In this document: one piece after another, positions 28,361 to 36,676 of the stretch
How the letters are laid out: each line of letters starts with the position of its first letter
Numbering within the stretch: the first letter of the stretch is position 1
DNA from: a virus
Lineage: Duplodnaviria; Caudoviricetes
Strand: one strand, 5' to 3'
DNA: 64,000 nt
Virus record (IMG/VR): IMGVR_UViG_2895192334_000003
Location: 7,415 to 71,414 of that record
Made by a program: the position numbers and the translations under genes
Notes under the pieces: generated by a model
Databases searched by the model: none
What the model was told of the DNA's origin: nothing
What the model saw: the letters and a program-made list of their open reading frames with translations, nothing else

Positions 28361-29705
28361 TTATTTATTAAAATTGTAATTATTTGCTATATCTTGCTTT
28401 AACTCTTTGTCGTATTCCTCTAATAGTTTTTGCACATCAGGAGCTATAGTGAGGTTAGTATATGCATTGAGGTCACGCACAATATCTGCATCGTATTGTA
28501 TAAGAATACGTTTGTGAGATTCTATCTGAGGCTTGTATTCATCAGTGCTATCTACACACCATATTTCTATTTTTCTCCTCACTAGATTTCTCCCTTTTAT
28601 GATACGGCGTAAAAAATCATTATTTCGCATATCATATTTCCCACTTATATAACTATCTCTAATTTTATTATATTGTCTGGAATGTGCATTAAAATCTTCT
28701 CTTGTCGAACTATTTTTAAGCTTTTCGTATGCCTTGTGTAATTCGTCACGTTGTTTTTGCGTGAATTGTAATAGGTTGTCGTCATATTCTACTTTATCTT
28801 TTAATTTATCTATACGAGCATCTGTATCTAGTTTGTCGATTTTTTCTTCTATCGTGTCCCCGTATTTGGCAGATTGTTGCTTTTTTTGCAATTGAATAAA
28901 ATCTTGTCGTGTTTGTTCCGTATTAAATTTCAAGATAGACAGTTGTTCCAAATCGACATCAATCTCTTGAAGTGAGCGTTTAGCATTATTCATATAAAAT
29001 TTTATTTGGCTATCTTCCATAAAATTTTCGTTATTTTTTTCTTTATTAAGAGTAGGCTTGATGATTGGCTTTGTTTCGTTTTTTTTGTGTTGTATTTTTA
29101 CTTGGAGTTGTTTCCTTATCTCTATATACATATATTATTTGAGGTTCTCTAATGATTTTTGTTTCAACTATTGGTTTAGAAGTAATTGGTGTAAATGTAT
29201 TATTTAAAGTTGGAATTTTCTTTTTATTGTTGTTAGTATCTTTAGTATTCACAATACTAGCAACTTTTTTAGATTCTTTCTTGTCAATTTTAACAGTCCT
29301 GGTGTTATTATCCCAATTAACATTATTATCAAAGTTTTCAGCAATGAATCTCAAAGGAACAAAAGTCCTTTCATCTTTAATCACTGGAGCAACATCAATA
29401 ACACTCTTATTGCCATTAACATTGACATTCTTATCTCCAATAATTAACTCAATAGATTTATCACTGTTTTTAACAACAACCTTTCTATTTTGATTATTCC
29501 AATCAACATGATATCCCAAGTTTTCTGATATAACCCTAATAGGAACTAAAGTCCTATCATTATCAATAAAAGGAGCAACATCAGAAACAACTTCTTTTCC
29601 GTTAATTTCAATTTTAATATCATCTTTACTTTGAGCATCTACAACATTGCCAACAATAACACAAGACAACAGAACAGCCATAGAAGCCTTTTTAAAATTC
29701 TTCAT
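28361..29705 (-). pseudogene. Secreted copper-amine-oxidase-N (stalk) domain protein split by an A8 tract; 447 aa if A7
   Basis: Signal peptide MKNFKKASMAVLLSCVIVGNVVDA, then APFIDNDRTLVPIR...VPLRFIAE stalk domain. The two track ORFs fuse in frame if one A is removed from the tract at 29079-29086. Confidence 0.7.
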
Positions 29706-29816
29706 AAAAAATATCCTCCTCAAAAATTCATCAAATAACCTTAAATAATAAATAAAAATCAAAAAAAAGATAAAAACAATTCTAAATTCCTAGACCAAAT
29801 ATATGTATTAAAAATA

Positions 29817-29859
29817 AAAACGCAACGTAGGGGTATTGTAGGCTCTTAGAATTGATTTC
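29817..29859 (+). repeat. Copy of the dispersed 43-bp intergenic element
   Basis: AAAACGCAACGTAGGGGTATTGTAG-N12-GATTTC; compare 40702 and 51989. Confidence 0.55.
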
Positions 29860-30323
29860 AGTAATCACATCTATTTTTAATCTTTAATCTTCTTGAAGTT
29901 CAAACCTTTAAAACTCCCACAAATAAAACCCTTTAAAAATACATAAAAATGTTTTTTAAAGAATCACAATATCATCAATGGGAAATAATTATCAAATTTA
30001 GCATTATTATATCAGATAATTGTATCAATCTAAATCATATTAGCACAAAATTTTATAATATAATTAATATTAGTATCATAAATTTTTTTACAAAATATAC
30101 TCTAATTATATAGCCAGCATCTTATTTACTCCAGACATCTTGTACTATTTTAAACATTATATTCTATGTGCCAATATCTCAATCCTTTAAATGCCTTGTT
30201 TGCTATACATATTCCAATCATTACAGTTATCTTGTTTTAGTGTCAATATTTTAATCATTACGCATAGTTTGTTTATTACAAACATCTCATTTACTATACA
30301 CGTCTTTTGAACATACACATCTT

Positions 30324-30364
30324 ATTCACTTATATATCTCATTCACTTATATATCTCATTCACT
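30324..30364 (+). repeat. 17-bp tandem repeat (2.4 copies)
   Basis: ATTCACTTATATATCTC x2 plus ATTCACT. Confidence 0.9.
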
Positions 30365-30579
30365 GTAAAAATTATCCCCCTTATATAAACATATTCCATA
30401 GAAAAACCTCAAATATACTATATTCTATTATGATTATATACAATATATACCACATAGAAGTTGTTTAAAATACCCCTAAATTAAGTTTTAAATAAATAAT
30501 AGATCAATAGTATTAATAAATAAAAAATAAAGCACAATTATAGATAATTCAATACAAAACACATCAAACATAAAAAAAT

Positions 30580-30657
30580 ACCTCATAGCATTTGTGTTAC
30601 CCATAAACATACGTATCAAATAAAACTTTATGTAACACAATTTCAGTAATATGAGGT
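30580..30657. repeat. Long interrupted inverted repeat
   Basis: ACCTCATA/TATGAGGT, TTGTGTTAC/GTAACACAA and CATAAA/TTTATG nested stems. Confidence 0.75.
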
Positions 30658-31588
30658 TAAATTTATTAGTTTTATTTAATTGAGTTGAACTAAAAAAATA
30701 GGTGCAAATACACCTACTTTGTCAACAGTCTGAATTTATTAAATGAAATGAATTATTGAAAAATAAAGACAATAAATTTATTAAAGAACAAATTGATTTA
30801 AAAAAAATTTATTACAAATTTATATTTAAATAATAAATTTATTTAATTGAGTAACCCCACCAATTTTCATAACACAAACAATTGTGTTTTTTAGTAAATA
30901 CCCCCCTTAAATAAAATACGCTACAAACTTTGTAAAATACATAGTTGTAATATCTTTAAAAAATTGTACTTTTTATAATACTTCTATTGGGTAAAATAAT
31001 CATTTCATAAAATCAATATTTTGTGAAACGCTAGACCCGTTGCAATTACTGGCTTGTAGAGGTTTTTGCGAACCATTATTATTTATTTATATTTATTATT
31101 TACTATTACTCATTATCATTATTGTTTATATTTATCACGATTTATCATTATTATTTACAAAAACTTATAAAATAAACATTTTAATTATGATCATTATTGT
31201 TTATTATCGCTCTTGGTCAAATGGTCGGAGTTTATTCTAATAGATCTAAATAAAAATAATTTTTCTTAGTCAGGTATATTTAAAAATATCCTCATTATCA
31301 TTATTTGTTATCGTTATTATTTACTAATACTAACTATTATTATTTACATTCTATGTAACAATATTTACACTGTATTTATTATTAAACAATCTAACAATTA
31401 CAATACTATAATATTAATAATATATCTATGATATAAATTTGTATGGTAGATATTAAACTAACGAACATAATACATTTAATGATAGATTAAATAATAGCCT
31501 TGTGATATTGTATAATACACCATAAAAAGAATTATTCATTGTAATTACTTCTATATAAAGGGAAATAAAAGAACAATAATAACTAATA

Positions 31589-31669
31589 AAAAAATAGATT
31601 GCAATAACATTATTATAAGCTTAATAATTATAACTATTAAACTTGTGAAGTTATTACAATCTATTTTTT
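31589..31669. repeat. 20-bp inverted repeat (one G-U on the minus strand)
   Basis: AAAAAATAGATTGCAATAAC ... GTTATTACAATCTATTTTTT. Confidence 0.8.
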
Positions 31670-31799
31670 AAAACTCTAAACAATTTAAACTCTATCTAAT
31701 ATAATTATAGTAAAATTATAAAAACAATGCAACAATAAAACTGTTAAAGTTAGTAAATAACTATATTATACGACATTATAAAAAAATAAAAAAAAGTTG

Positions 31800-31829
31800 T
31801 TGACAGTTTAAAAACTACGATGGTACAAT
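31800..31829 (+). promoter_or_regulatory. SigmaA-type early promoter 1
   Basis: TTGACA-18 bp-TACAAT with an extended TG. Confidence 0.7.
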
Positions 31830-31884
31830 ATAGGCAAGTTAAAAGCTTATATTTAACTTTGTTGTTCAAATCTAAAAAAAAGAC

Positions 31885-31913
31885 TTGACACAATAGAAAA
31901 CAGTTGATAAAAT
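31885..31913 (+). promoter_or_regulatory. SigmaA-type early promoter 2
   Basis: TTGACA-17 bp-TAAAAT with an extended TG. Confidence 0.75.
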
Positions 31914-31952
31914 ATAAGCAAGAAAACAAAAAAATATTTTTTTAAAGTATAA

Positions 31953-31971
31953 GTTAAGCATAACGCTTAAC
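31953..31971. promoter_or_regulatory. Palindromic operator candidate 1
   Basis: GTTAAGC-ATAAC-GCTTAAC; second copy at 32975. Confidence 0.65.
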
Positions 31972-32066
31972 AATATCTTTTAAAGATTGTTAAGAAAATT
32001 AGTTAAAAACGGATTACCTTGTTAAGTTGCCGTACAGTTTTTAAAAGATATTAAGAGCAATACAAT

Positions 32067-32095
32067 TTGACTTATACAAATAAAAAATATTTAAT
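32067..32095 (+). promoter_or_regulatory. SigmaA-type early promoter 3
   Basis: TTGACT-17 bp-TTTAAT immediately before the structured region. Confidence 0.55.
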
Positions 32096-32101
32096 TGAAT
32101 T

Positions 32102-32400
32102 CATTGGTGGTAAAACAGCGACTTGAAGTATCCACCTTGAACCTTGACAATTAAAAAAATTTAACCTCACTTAATTATTAATGAACCAGAACTTGAACTA
32201 ATTAATAATTAAGGGTAGAAAACTATAATCTTATATTTTTGGCTTGGATTAGCCTCACATGGGAATGTGATAGCATAGAGGATATAAGAAAAGGTAGGTT
32301 AGCTTGAACAATAGCACGTTCAAGTAATGGATGGCGTGAAAGTCGTTATAATCTCGGCAGTAATTGATACCCGCAGCTGAACTGAGACTTCCATTTTAAC
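32102..32400 (+). ncRNA. Candidate ~300-nt multi-domain structured RNA
   Basis: Four consecutive stem domains, two of them multibranch, with several G-U pairs valid on the plus strand; no ORF; lies right behind the promoters. Confidence 0.6.
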
Positions 32401-32561
32401 ACTCAAAAAAAAATCAAATTAATTTGATTTTATATTAATACTTGATATTAATATAATGAGTATTGATATAAGGTTAAAAAATTAAAAAAAGAGGTGGCGT
32501 ATTATAAAAAAATAAATACATTCATATTTTATGGTATAATCAACTATAAGAGGTTGATTAT

Positions 32562-32948
32562 ATGATAAATAATAAAAAGGTTTATAAGGTTGTAGACTAT
32601 CTTACACCTGCTGAAGTCTGCAAGGCTATCGGCATAAGTGAGAAGTCCACGCCTTTGATTACCCGTTGGATAAACAACGGGAAAATTAGGGGGCATAAAA
32701 GATTTGGAAGAAACAAAGCTATACCCGTAAATTGGGTAAAATCAGAGTGCCAATCTAGAGGCATAGATTGGCAAGGTGTAGAGTTAGAAGATAATGAAAT
32801 AGGTGTAAGTCTTGATGGCTATATAGATCTAAAAGCATACGCCAGCAATAGCAATAAAACATACGACCAATTGTATAAAGATATAGTAAATGGTAAAATA
32901 AAAAACTATATTCGATTCGGGAACGCTTTTGGGCTACCTAAAGAATAA
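32562..32948 (+). CDS. Tandem MerR/Xis-like HTH protein
   Basis: Two similar repeats: YLTPAEVCKAIG...WINNGKI and YIDLKAYAS...DIVNGKI. Confidence 0.75.
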   Translation: MINNKKVYKVVDYLTPAEVCKAIGISEKSTPLITRWINNGKIRGHKRFGRNKAIPVNWVKSECQSRGIDWQGVELEDNEIGVSLDGYIDLKAYASNSNKTYDQLYKDIVNGKIKNYIRFGNAFGLPKE

Positions 32949-32974
32949 AAGGTAGTCTTTTTTTTACTCTCATA

Positions 32975-32993
32975 GTTAAGCTAAACGCTTAAC
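32975..32993. promoter_or_regulatory. Palindromic operator candidate 2
   Basis: GTTAAGC-TAAAC-GCTTAAC; arms extend to 10 bp. Confidence 0.65.
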
Positions 32994-33024
32994 TATACAT
33001 AACAAAATCAGGAGGTATAAATAT

Positions 33025-33453
33025 ATGTATAACAATATCATAGGCACAAATTATGACGCCAATTTAAAAATAAAAGATATAGCGAAAAAAGTTAAAAGCT
33101 ATATCAAAGATACTTATGGAGTTAAAAATTCTGTACGAAGTGAATATGATACAATCTTTATCATGTTAAAGTTAGATAATAGTTTTAAAGCGACATCAAG
33201 AGAGGAGTTACCTAATAACAAGCGTTCTTTTATAGTAGAACATATCTCTAGAAAACTTGATGACGTCAATATAACTGTTGATATATTTAACAGTTATTTA
33301 AAAGACCATGTATATATCAACAAAAAAGGTCAAGATATGATCGAAGATATAGAAACATACATGAATAGCTTTAATTATGATAAATCAGATGTTATGACGG
33401 ACTATTTTGACTATAAATTTTGTGGTTCTGTTGATTATGAGTGGATAGAATAA
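33025..33453 (+). CDS. LPD29-like (large polyvalent protein domain 29) protein
   Basis: G..Y......DIAK.V...K.SVR...FNYD.SD.MTDYFD signature. Confidence 0.75.
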   Translation: MYNNIIGTNYDANLKIKDIAKKVKSYIKDTYGVKNSVRSEYDTIFIMLKLDNSFKATSREELPNNKRSFIVEHISRKLDDVNITVDIFNSYLKDHVYINKKGQDMIEDIETYMNSFNYDKSDVMTDYFDYKFCGSVDYEWIE

Positions 33454-33477
33454 AATATCCACTTGTAATTATAACGC

Positions 33478-33506
33478 TTGTTTAAATTAAAATAAGGGGG
33501 TATAAT
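33478..33506 (+). promoter_or_regulatory. Promoter giving a probably leaderless relE transcript
   Basis: TTGTTT-17 bp-TATAAT ending 6 nt before the ATG. Confidence 0.6.
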
Positions 33507-33512
33507 TAAAAT

Positions 33513-33749
33513 ATGTATAGTATCGAAATTAGTAAACAAGCAATAAAAAATCTAAAAAAATTAGATAATAGGTATAAAAATACAATACTTGAAGCTATTA
33601 GGAGTTTACCTAATGGCGATGTTAAAAAACTTCAAGGACTACCTCAATATAGATTGAGAGTAGGTGTATATAGAATAATATACACAAAAGAAAAAGATAG
33701 TATTAAAATTATAAATATATTACCACGAGGAGAGGCTTATAAAAAATAG
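33513..33749 (+). CDS. relE: RelE/ParE-family toxin
   Basis: YSIEISKQAIK.LKKL...DVKKLQG...YRLRVGVYRIIY...PRGEAYK. Confidence 0.88.
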   Translation: MYSIEISKQAIKNLKKLDNRYKNTILEAIRSLPNGDVKKLQGLPQYRLRVGVYRIIYTKEKDSIKIINILPRGEAYKK

Positions 33750-33758
33750 GAGGCAAAT

Positions 33759-33959
33759 ATGGACACTTTTACAAAAGATATGGCAGAATTAACAGTAGAA
33801 GAACAAAAGCTTGTGCTAACATTTTTACAAGATATGAGAATAAGTTATGATCCAGAGTGGATCACAGTAACAAATGAAGAAGCGAAAGAATTACAACAAA
33901 TAGAAGAACAAGGGGAGTTTATTAGTCTTGATGAAGCAATAAAGGAGTTGGGATTGTGA
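33759..33959 (+). CDS. Cognate antitoxin candidate (acidic, 66 aa)
   Basis: Directly after relE with an AGGAGG RBS; ends in GEFISLDEAIKELGL, typical of RelB-like partners. Confidence 0.7.
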   Translation: MDTFTKDMAELTVEEQKLVLTFLQDMRISYDPEWITVTNEEAKELQQIEEQGEFISLDEAIKELGL

Positions 33960-34087
33960 ATAAAACTATAGTAAAAGCTTATGATATTTTTAAAATACTA
34001 CCAGATGAAGCACAAAAAAGAGTTTTAGATTATATAAAGGCTCTGAAATTGACATCACAACAAAAAAACAAAGATAAAATAAAATAA
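33956..34087 (+). CDS. 43-aa DUF2281-like mini protein (not in ORF track)
   Basis: GTG overlaps the antitoxin TGA; MNKTIVKAYDIFKILPDEAQKRVLDYIKALKLTSQQKNKDKIK. Confidence 0.55.
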   Translation: MNKTIVKAYDIFKILPDEAQKRVLDYIKALKLTSQQKNKDKIK

Positions 34088-34100
34088 AATAAACAGACTT

Positions 34101-34135
34101 AAAGAAGTTATCAAAAAAAGATAACTTCTTTTTTT
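34101..34135 (+). terminator. Intrinsic terminator
   Basis: AAAGAAGTTATC-A7-GATAACTTCTTT followed by a T run. Confidence 0.8.
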
Positions 34136-34177
34136 ATATTCAAAAAAGCGTGAAATGTTTAAAAAGGAGAAAATAAA

Positions 34178-34978
34178 ATGAAAAAAATAGAAGATAAACA
34201 AATTGTACAAGTCTTAAAAGAGTCAATTAAACCTTTTAAACAATACAACAACAAAATAAATTATAGAAGAATTTCAAGATTTTGCCAAGATAACACGATA
34301 ATAAGAATTGTAAAAGCCAACATTGATGTATTTAACAACTATGGAATTAAGATAGGTACAGATGGGACTATTTCTCGAGGAAGAAGCTATGCAAATTTAA
34401 TTGAAAAATTAAACAAGCTATTTGATGAAAATGTAGAGATAGCAAAAACTGTATATTACAGTAACATTGATCATTATTACGAGTATTGTCGCTATTCACT
34501 ACCATATGATGATAATTCAAATGTTGCATTATCCAGTGAGGAGCTAACAGATATTGTTATCATTGAAATGTTAAAATTAGACAGCATTCAAATCATAGAT
34601 GTATTTGACTATGTTTATAACAAATTAAACGAACTAGAGAAAACAGGAACAGGAGAAGAAAAAGGGTTAAGAGTGCAGTTTTTAAATGATATTCTTCAAG
34701 ACAATTGCCAAAGTTATTATTTAGGAAAATATTTGGAGAAAGTGGACAAAATGTTCAAAAGTTTAACTATGGACTATAAATATATTGGATATTTTAGTTA
34801 TAGAATAGTTGGGAATATGATAACTTCGCAGTTTATTCCAGCCTGCCTTATCAATGGCAATAAAGATGATGAGAGGGCAATATGGCTCAAAGCGTCATTA
34901 GATGAATTTGAAGAAAAGATAATAAATAATAGTTCAAATAAAATTTTGAGAGATTATTTCAAATATCAAATTAAATAA
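34178..34978 (+). CDS. Hypothetical protein (266 aa)
   Basis: AAGGAG RBS; no recognised motif. Confidence 0.7.
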   Translation: MKKIEDKQIVQVLKESIKPFKQYNNKINYRRISRFCQDNTIIRIVKANIDVFNNYGIKIGTDGTISRGRSYANLIEKLNKLFDENVEIAKTVYYSNIDHYYEYCRYSLPYDDNSNVALSSEELTDIVIIEMLKLDSIQIIDVFDYVYNKLNELEKTGTGEEKGLRVQFLNDILQDNCQSYYLGKYLEKVDKMFKSLTMDYKYIGYFSYRIVGNMITSQFIPACLINGNKDDERAIWLKASLDEFEEKIINNSSNKILRDYFKYQIK

Positions 34979-35023
34979 TTGCTATAAAAGGAGAATAAAT
35001 CACGAGAAGATGGAGGGATATAA

Positions 35024-35233
35024 ATGAGATTTCAAAAAGATGATTTTTTAGAATATTATAAAGAGAATTTTAGCGTAGATAATTTTTATATCCAGCTAAT
35101 AGCTTCAGTAATTGATTATGGTGAAGAACACCATAACACCACTAAAAAACAAATTGTATATTTTATTTATGATATTTTATCCAATGTAGAGGGTACTCTA
35201 GATATCAAAGAAGTCGAACAATTTTATTATTAA
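35024..35233 (+). CDS. Hypothetical acidic protein (69 aa)
   Basis: GGAGGG RBS. Confidence 0.65.
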   Translation: MRFQKDDFLEYYKENFSVDNFYIQLIASVIDYGEEHHNTTKKQIVYFIYDILSNVEGTLDIKEVEQFYY

Positions 35234-35351
35234 ATTTTTTAACTTTTGCCAAAGGATTCTGCAAGTTTGACAGAATTCTTTTTAAATTGGCAAAAGAAAA
35301 TAAAAAGCACTCATCTTATTAGGCTTTTTATCGCTAAACACTATGTTTTGT

Positions 35352-35388
35352 TTTTGCCTATTAAGATACTTATTATTTACAAGAGAGA
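35352..35388 (+). repeat. Duplicated promoter/leader block, copy 1
   Basis: 30-bp identity TATTAAGATACTTATTATTTACAAGAGAGA with 36049-36078, plus shared TTTTGC. Confidence 0.85.
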
Positions 35389-35420
35389 AAACAAATAAAG
35401 AACAAAAAGGAGAAATGATT

Positions 35421-35867
35421 ATGAATATAAAAAAATATAGTCTTAGGTTAGTTAAAGAAGATGAAGAAGAATATATAAAAGATATATTTGTAAAGACTTC
35501 ACAAGCAGCAGCAAAGATTTTAAATAAGTTGTTTGAACTAGATTCAAGACCAAGTGAATTGTTTGTCATGCTTGCCCTAGATGTAAAAAAGAAAATTATA
35601 GGTGCTTTTATAGTAAGTCAGGGAGTTATTGATGGAACTTTGTCAGATCCAAGGGAAGTTTTTTCAAGAGCATTGCTTATTAATGCACATACAATAATTC
35701 TTGCACATAATCACCCAAGTGGAGACGCAAATCCTTCTTATGAAGATATAAAAATGGCTAGAAGAATGAAAGAAGCAGGCGAAATTTTAAATTTAAATGT
35801 CATTGATAATTTAGTAATTTGTGATGAAAATAATTATACTAGCATTTATAAAGAGTGTGGTTTATAA
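35421..35867 (+). CDS. radC: RadC/JAB-domain protein
   Basis: PREVFSRAL...ILAHNHPSGDANPSYED JAB motif; start reassigned to the ATG after AAAGGAG. Confidence 0.9.
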   Translation: MNIKKYSLRLVKEDEEEYIKDIFVKTSQAAAKILNKLFELDSRPSELFVMLALDVKKKIIGAFIVSQGVIDGTLSDPREVFSRALLINAHTIILAHNHPSGDANPSYEDIKMARRMKEAGEILNLNVIDNLVICDENNYTSIYKECGL

Positions 35868-35931
35868 ATAAAATTGGTAACAAAAAATTAATTGAGATTA
35901 ATTATAATGATTTATTAAATTGTAAAATATG

Positions 35932-35956
35932 AAAAGAGGTTAAAGCCTCTTTTTTT
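35932..35956 (+). terminator. Intrinsic terminator
   Basis: AAAAGAGG-TTAAAG-CCTCTTTT followed by TTT. Confidence 0.8.
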
Positions 35957-36041
35957 AAATATGCAGAATATAAAAGATAAATACATTTTTACATTTGAGT
36001 TATATAAACTATATACCACGAGAGCGAACTTAATATATTAG

Positions 36042-36078
36042 TTTTGCTTATTAAGATACTTATTATTTACAAGAGAGA
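36042..36078 (+). repeat. Duplicated promoter/leader block, copy 2
   Basis: See 35352. Confidence 0.85.
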
Positions 36079-36106
36079 TTATAAAAAAATAAAAGGAGAA
36101 TTGATT

Positions 36107-36631
36107 ATGATAAATTTAAAAGAAAAATATATAAAGCAATTGGACAGAGCCTTATTATTGGTAAGAAACAGGACATCAGAAATAACAACATATGAGATAA
36201 ATGTCGAATTGTGGGATATAATGTTAAAATGCAACATTGGGTTTGAACAAACCTGCGAAGAAGAAATGAAAAGCATGTTAGACACAATTTTAGACGATAT
36301 TCAAACGTATGAAGGCATAGTTTGGGACTATGCTACGCAAAAGTATTTTGAGTATAATTTTTATAACGGAACGAGAACATATTCAACAGAAGCATCAAAA
36401 CAAAATTTATGCCTCTGGCAATATGAAGATAGTAATTTGTATTGTAATGTATTAAAGTACCTTGAAGATGCTATATCAATATCTTATAATGTCGAACAAA
36501 AAGAACTCTTTTATGTACGAGAGGGGGTTCAAATATTATTAATGGACATACTAGACACTTTAAATATCGATAGCGGCAATATAATTTCTCCTACAACTGT
36601 AAAAGTAATATTAGACTTTTTGAAAGATTAG
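36107..36631 (+). CDS. Hypothetical acidic protein
   Basis: Start reassigned to the ATG after AAAGGAG. Confidence 0.7.
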   Translation: MINLKEKYIKQLDRALLLVRNRTSEITTYEINVELWDIMLKCNIGFEQTCEEEMKSMLDTILDDIQTYEGIVWDYATQKYFEYNFYNGTRTYSTEASKQNLCLWQYEDSNLYCNVLKYLEDAISISYNVEQKELFYVREGVQILLMDILDTLNIDSGNIISPTTVKVILDFLKD

Positions 36632-36676
36632 TGAAAATGATATAAAATAAAATTAAGTAATTAAAGGGGGTGTAAA

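Noticed and set aside
31040-31240. 66-aa hydrophobic ORF as a type I toxin
   Set aside because: TTG start without an RBS; the hydrophobicity derives from low-complexity TTATTA DNA.
32238-32275. GATTAGCCTCA similarity to IscB omega/HEARO RNAs
   Set aside because: The match is short, and there is no iscB/tnpB gene or the remaining conserved elements.
32094-32385. Recurring TTGAA(C) as a degenerate CRISPR array
   Set aside because: Spacing is irregular, the shared core is only 5-7 nt, and no cas genes are present.
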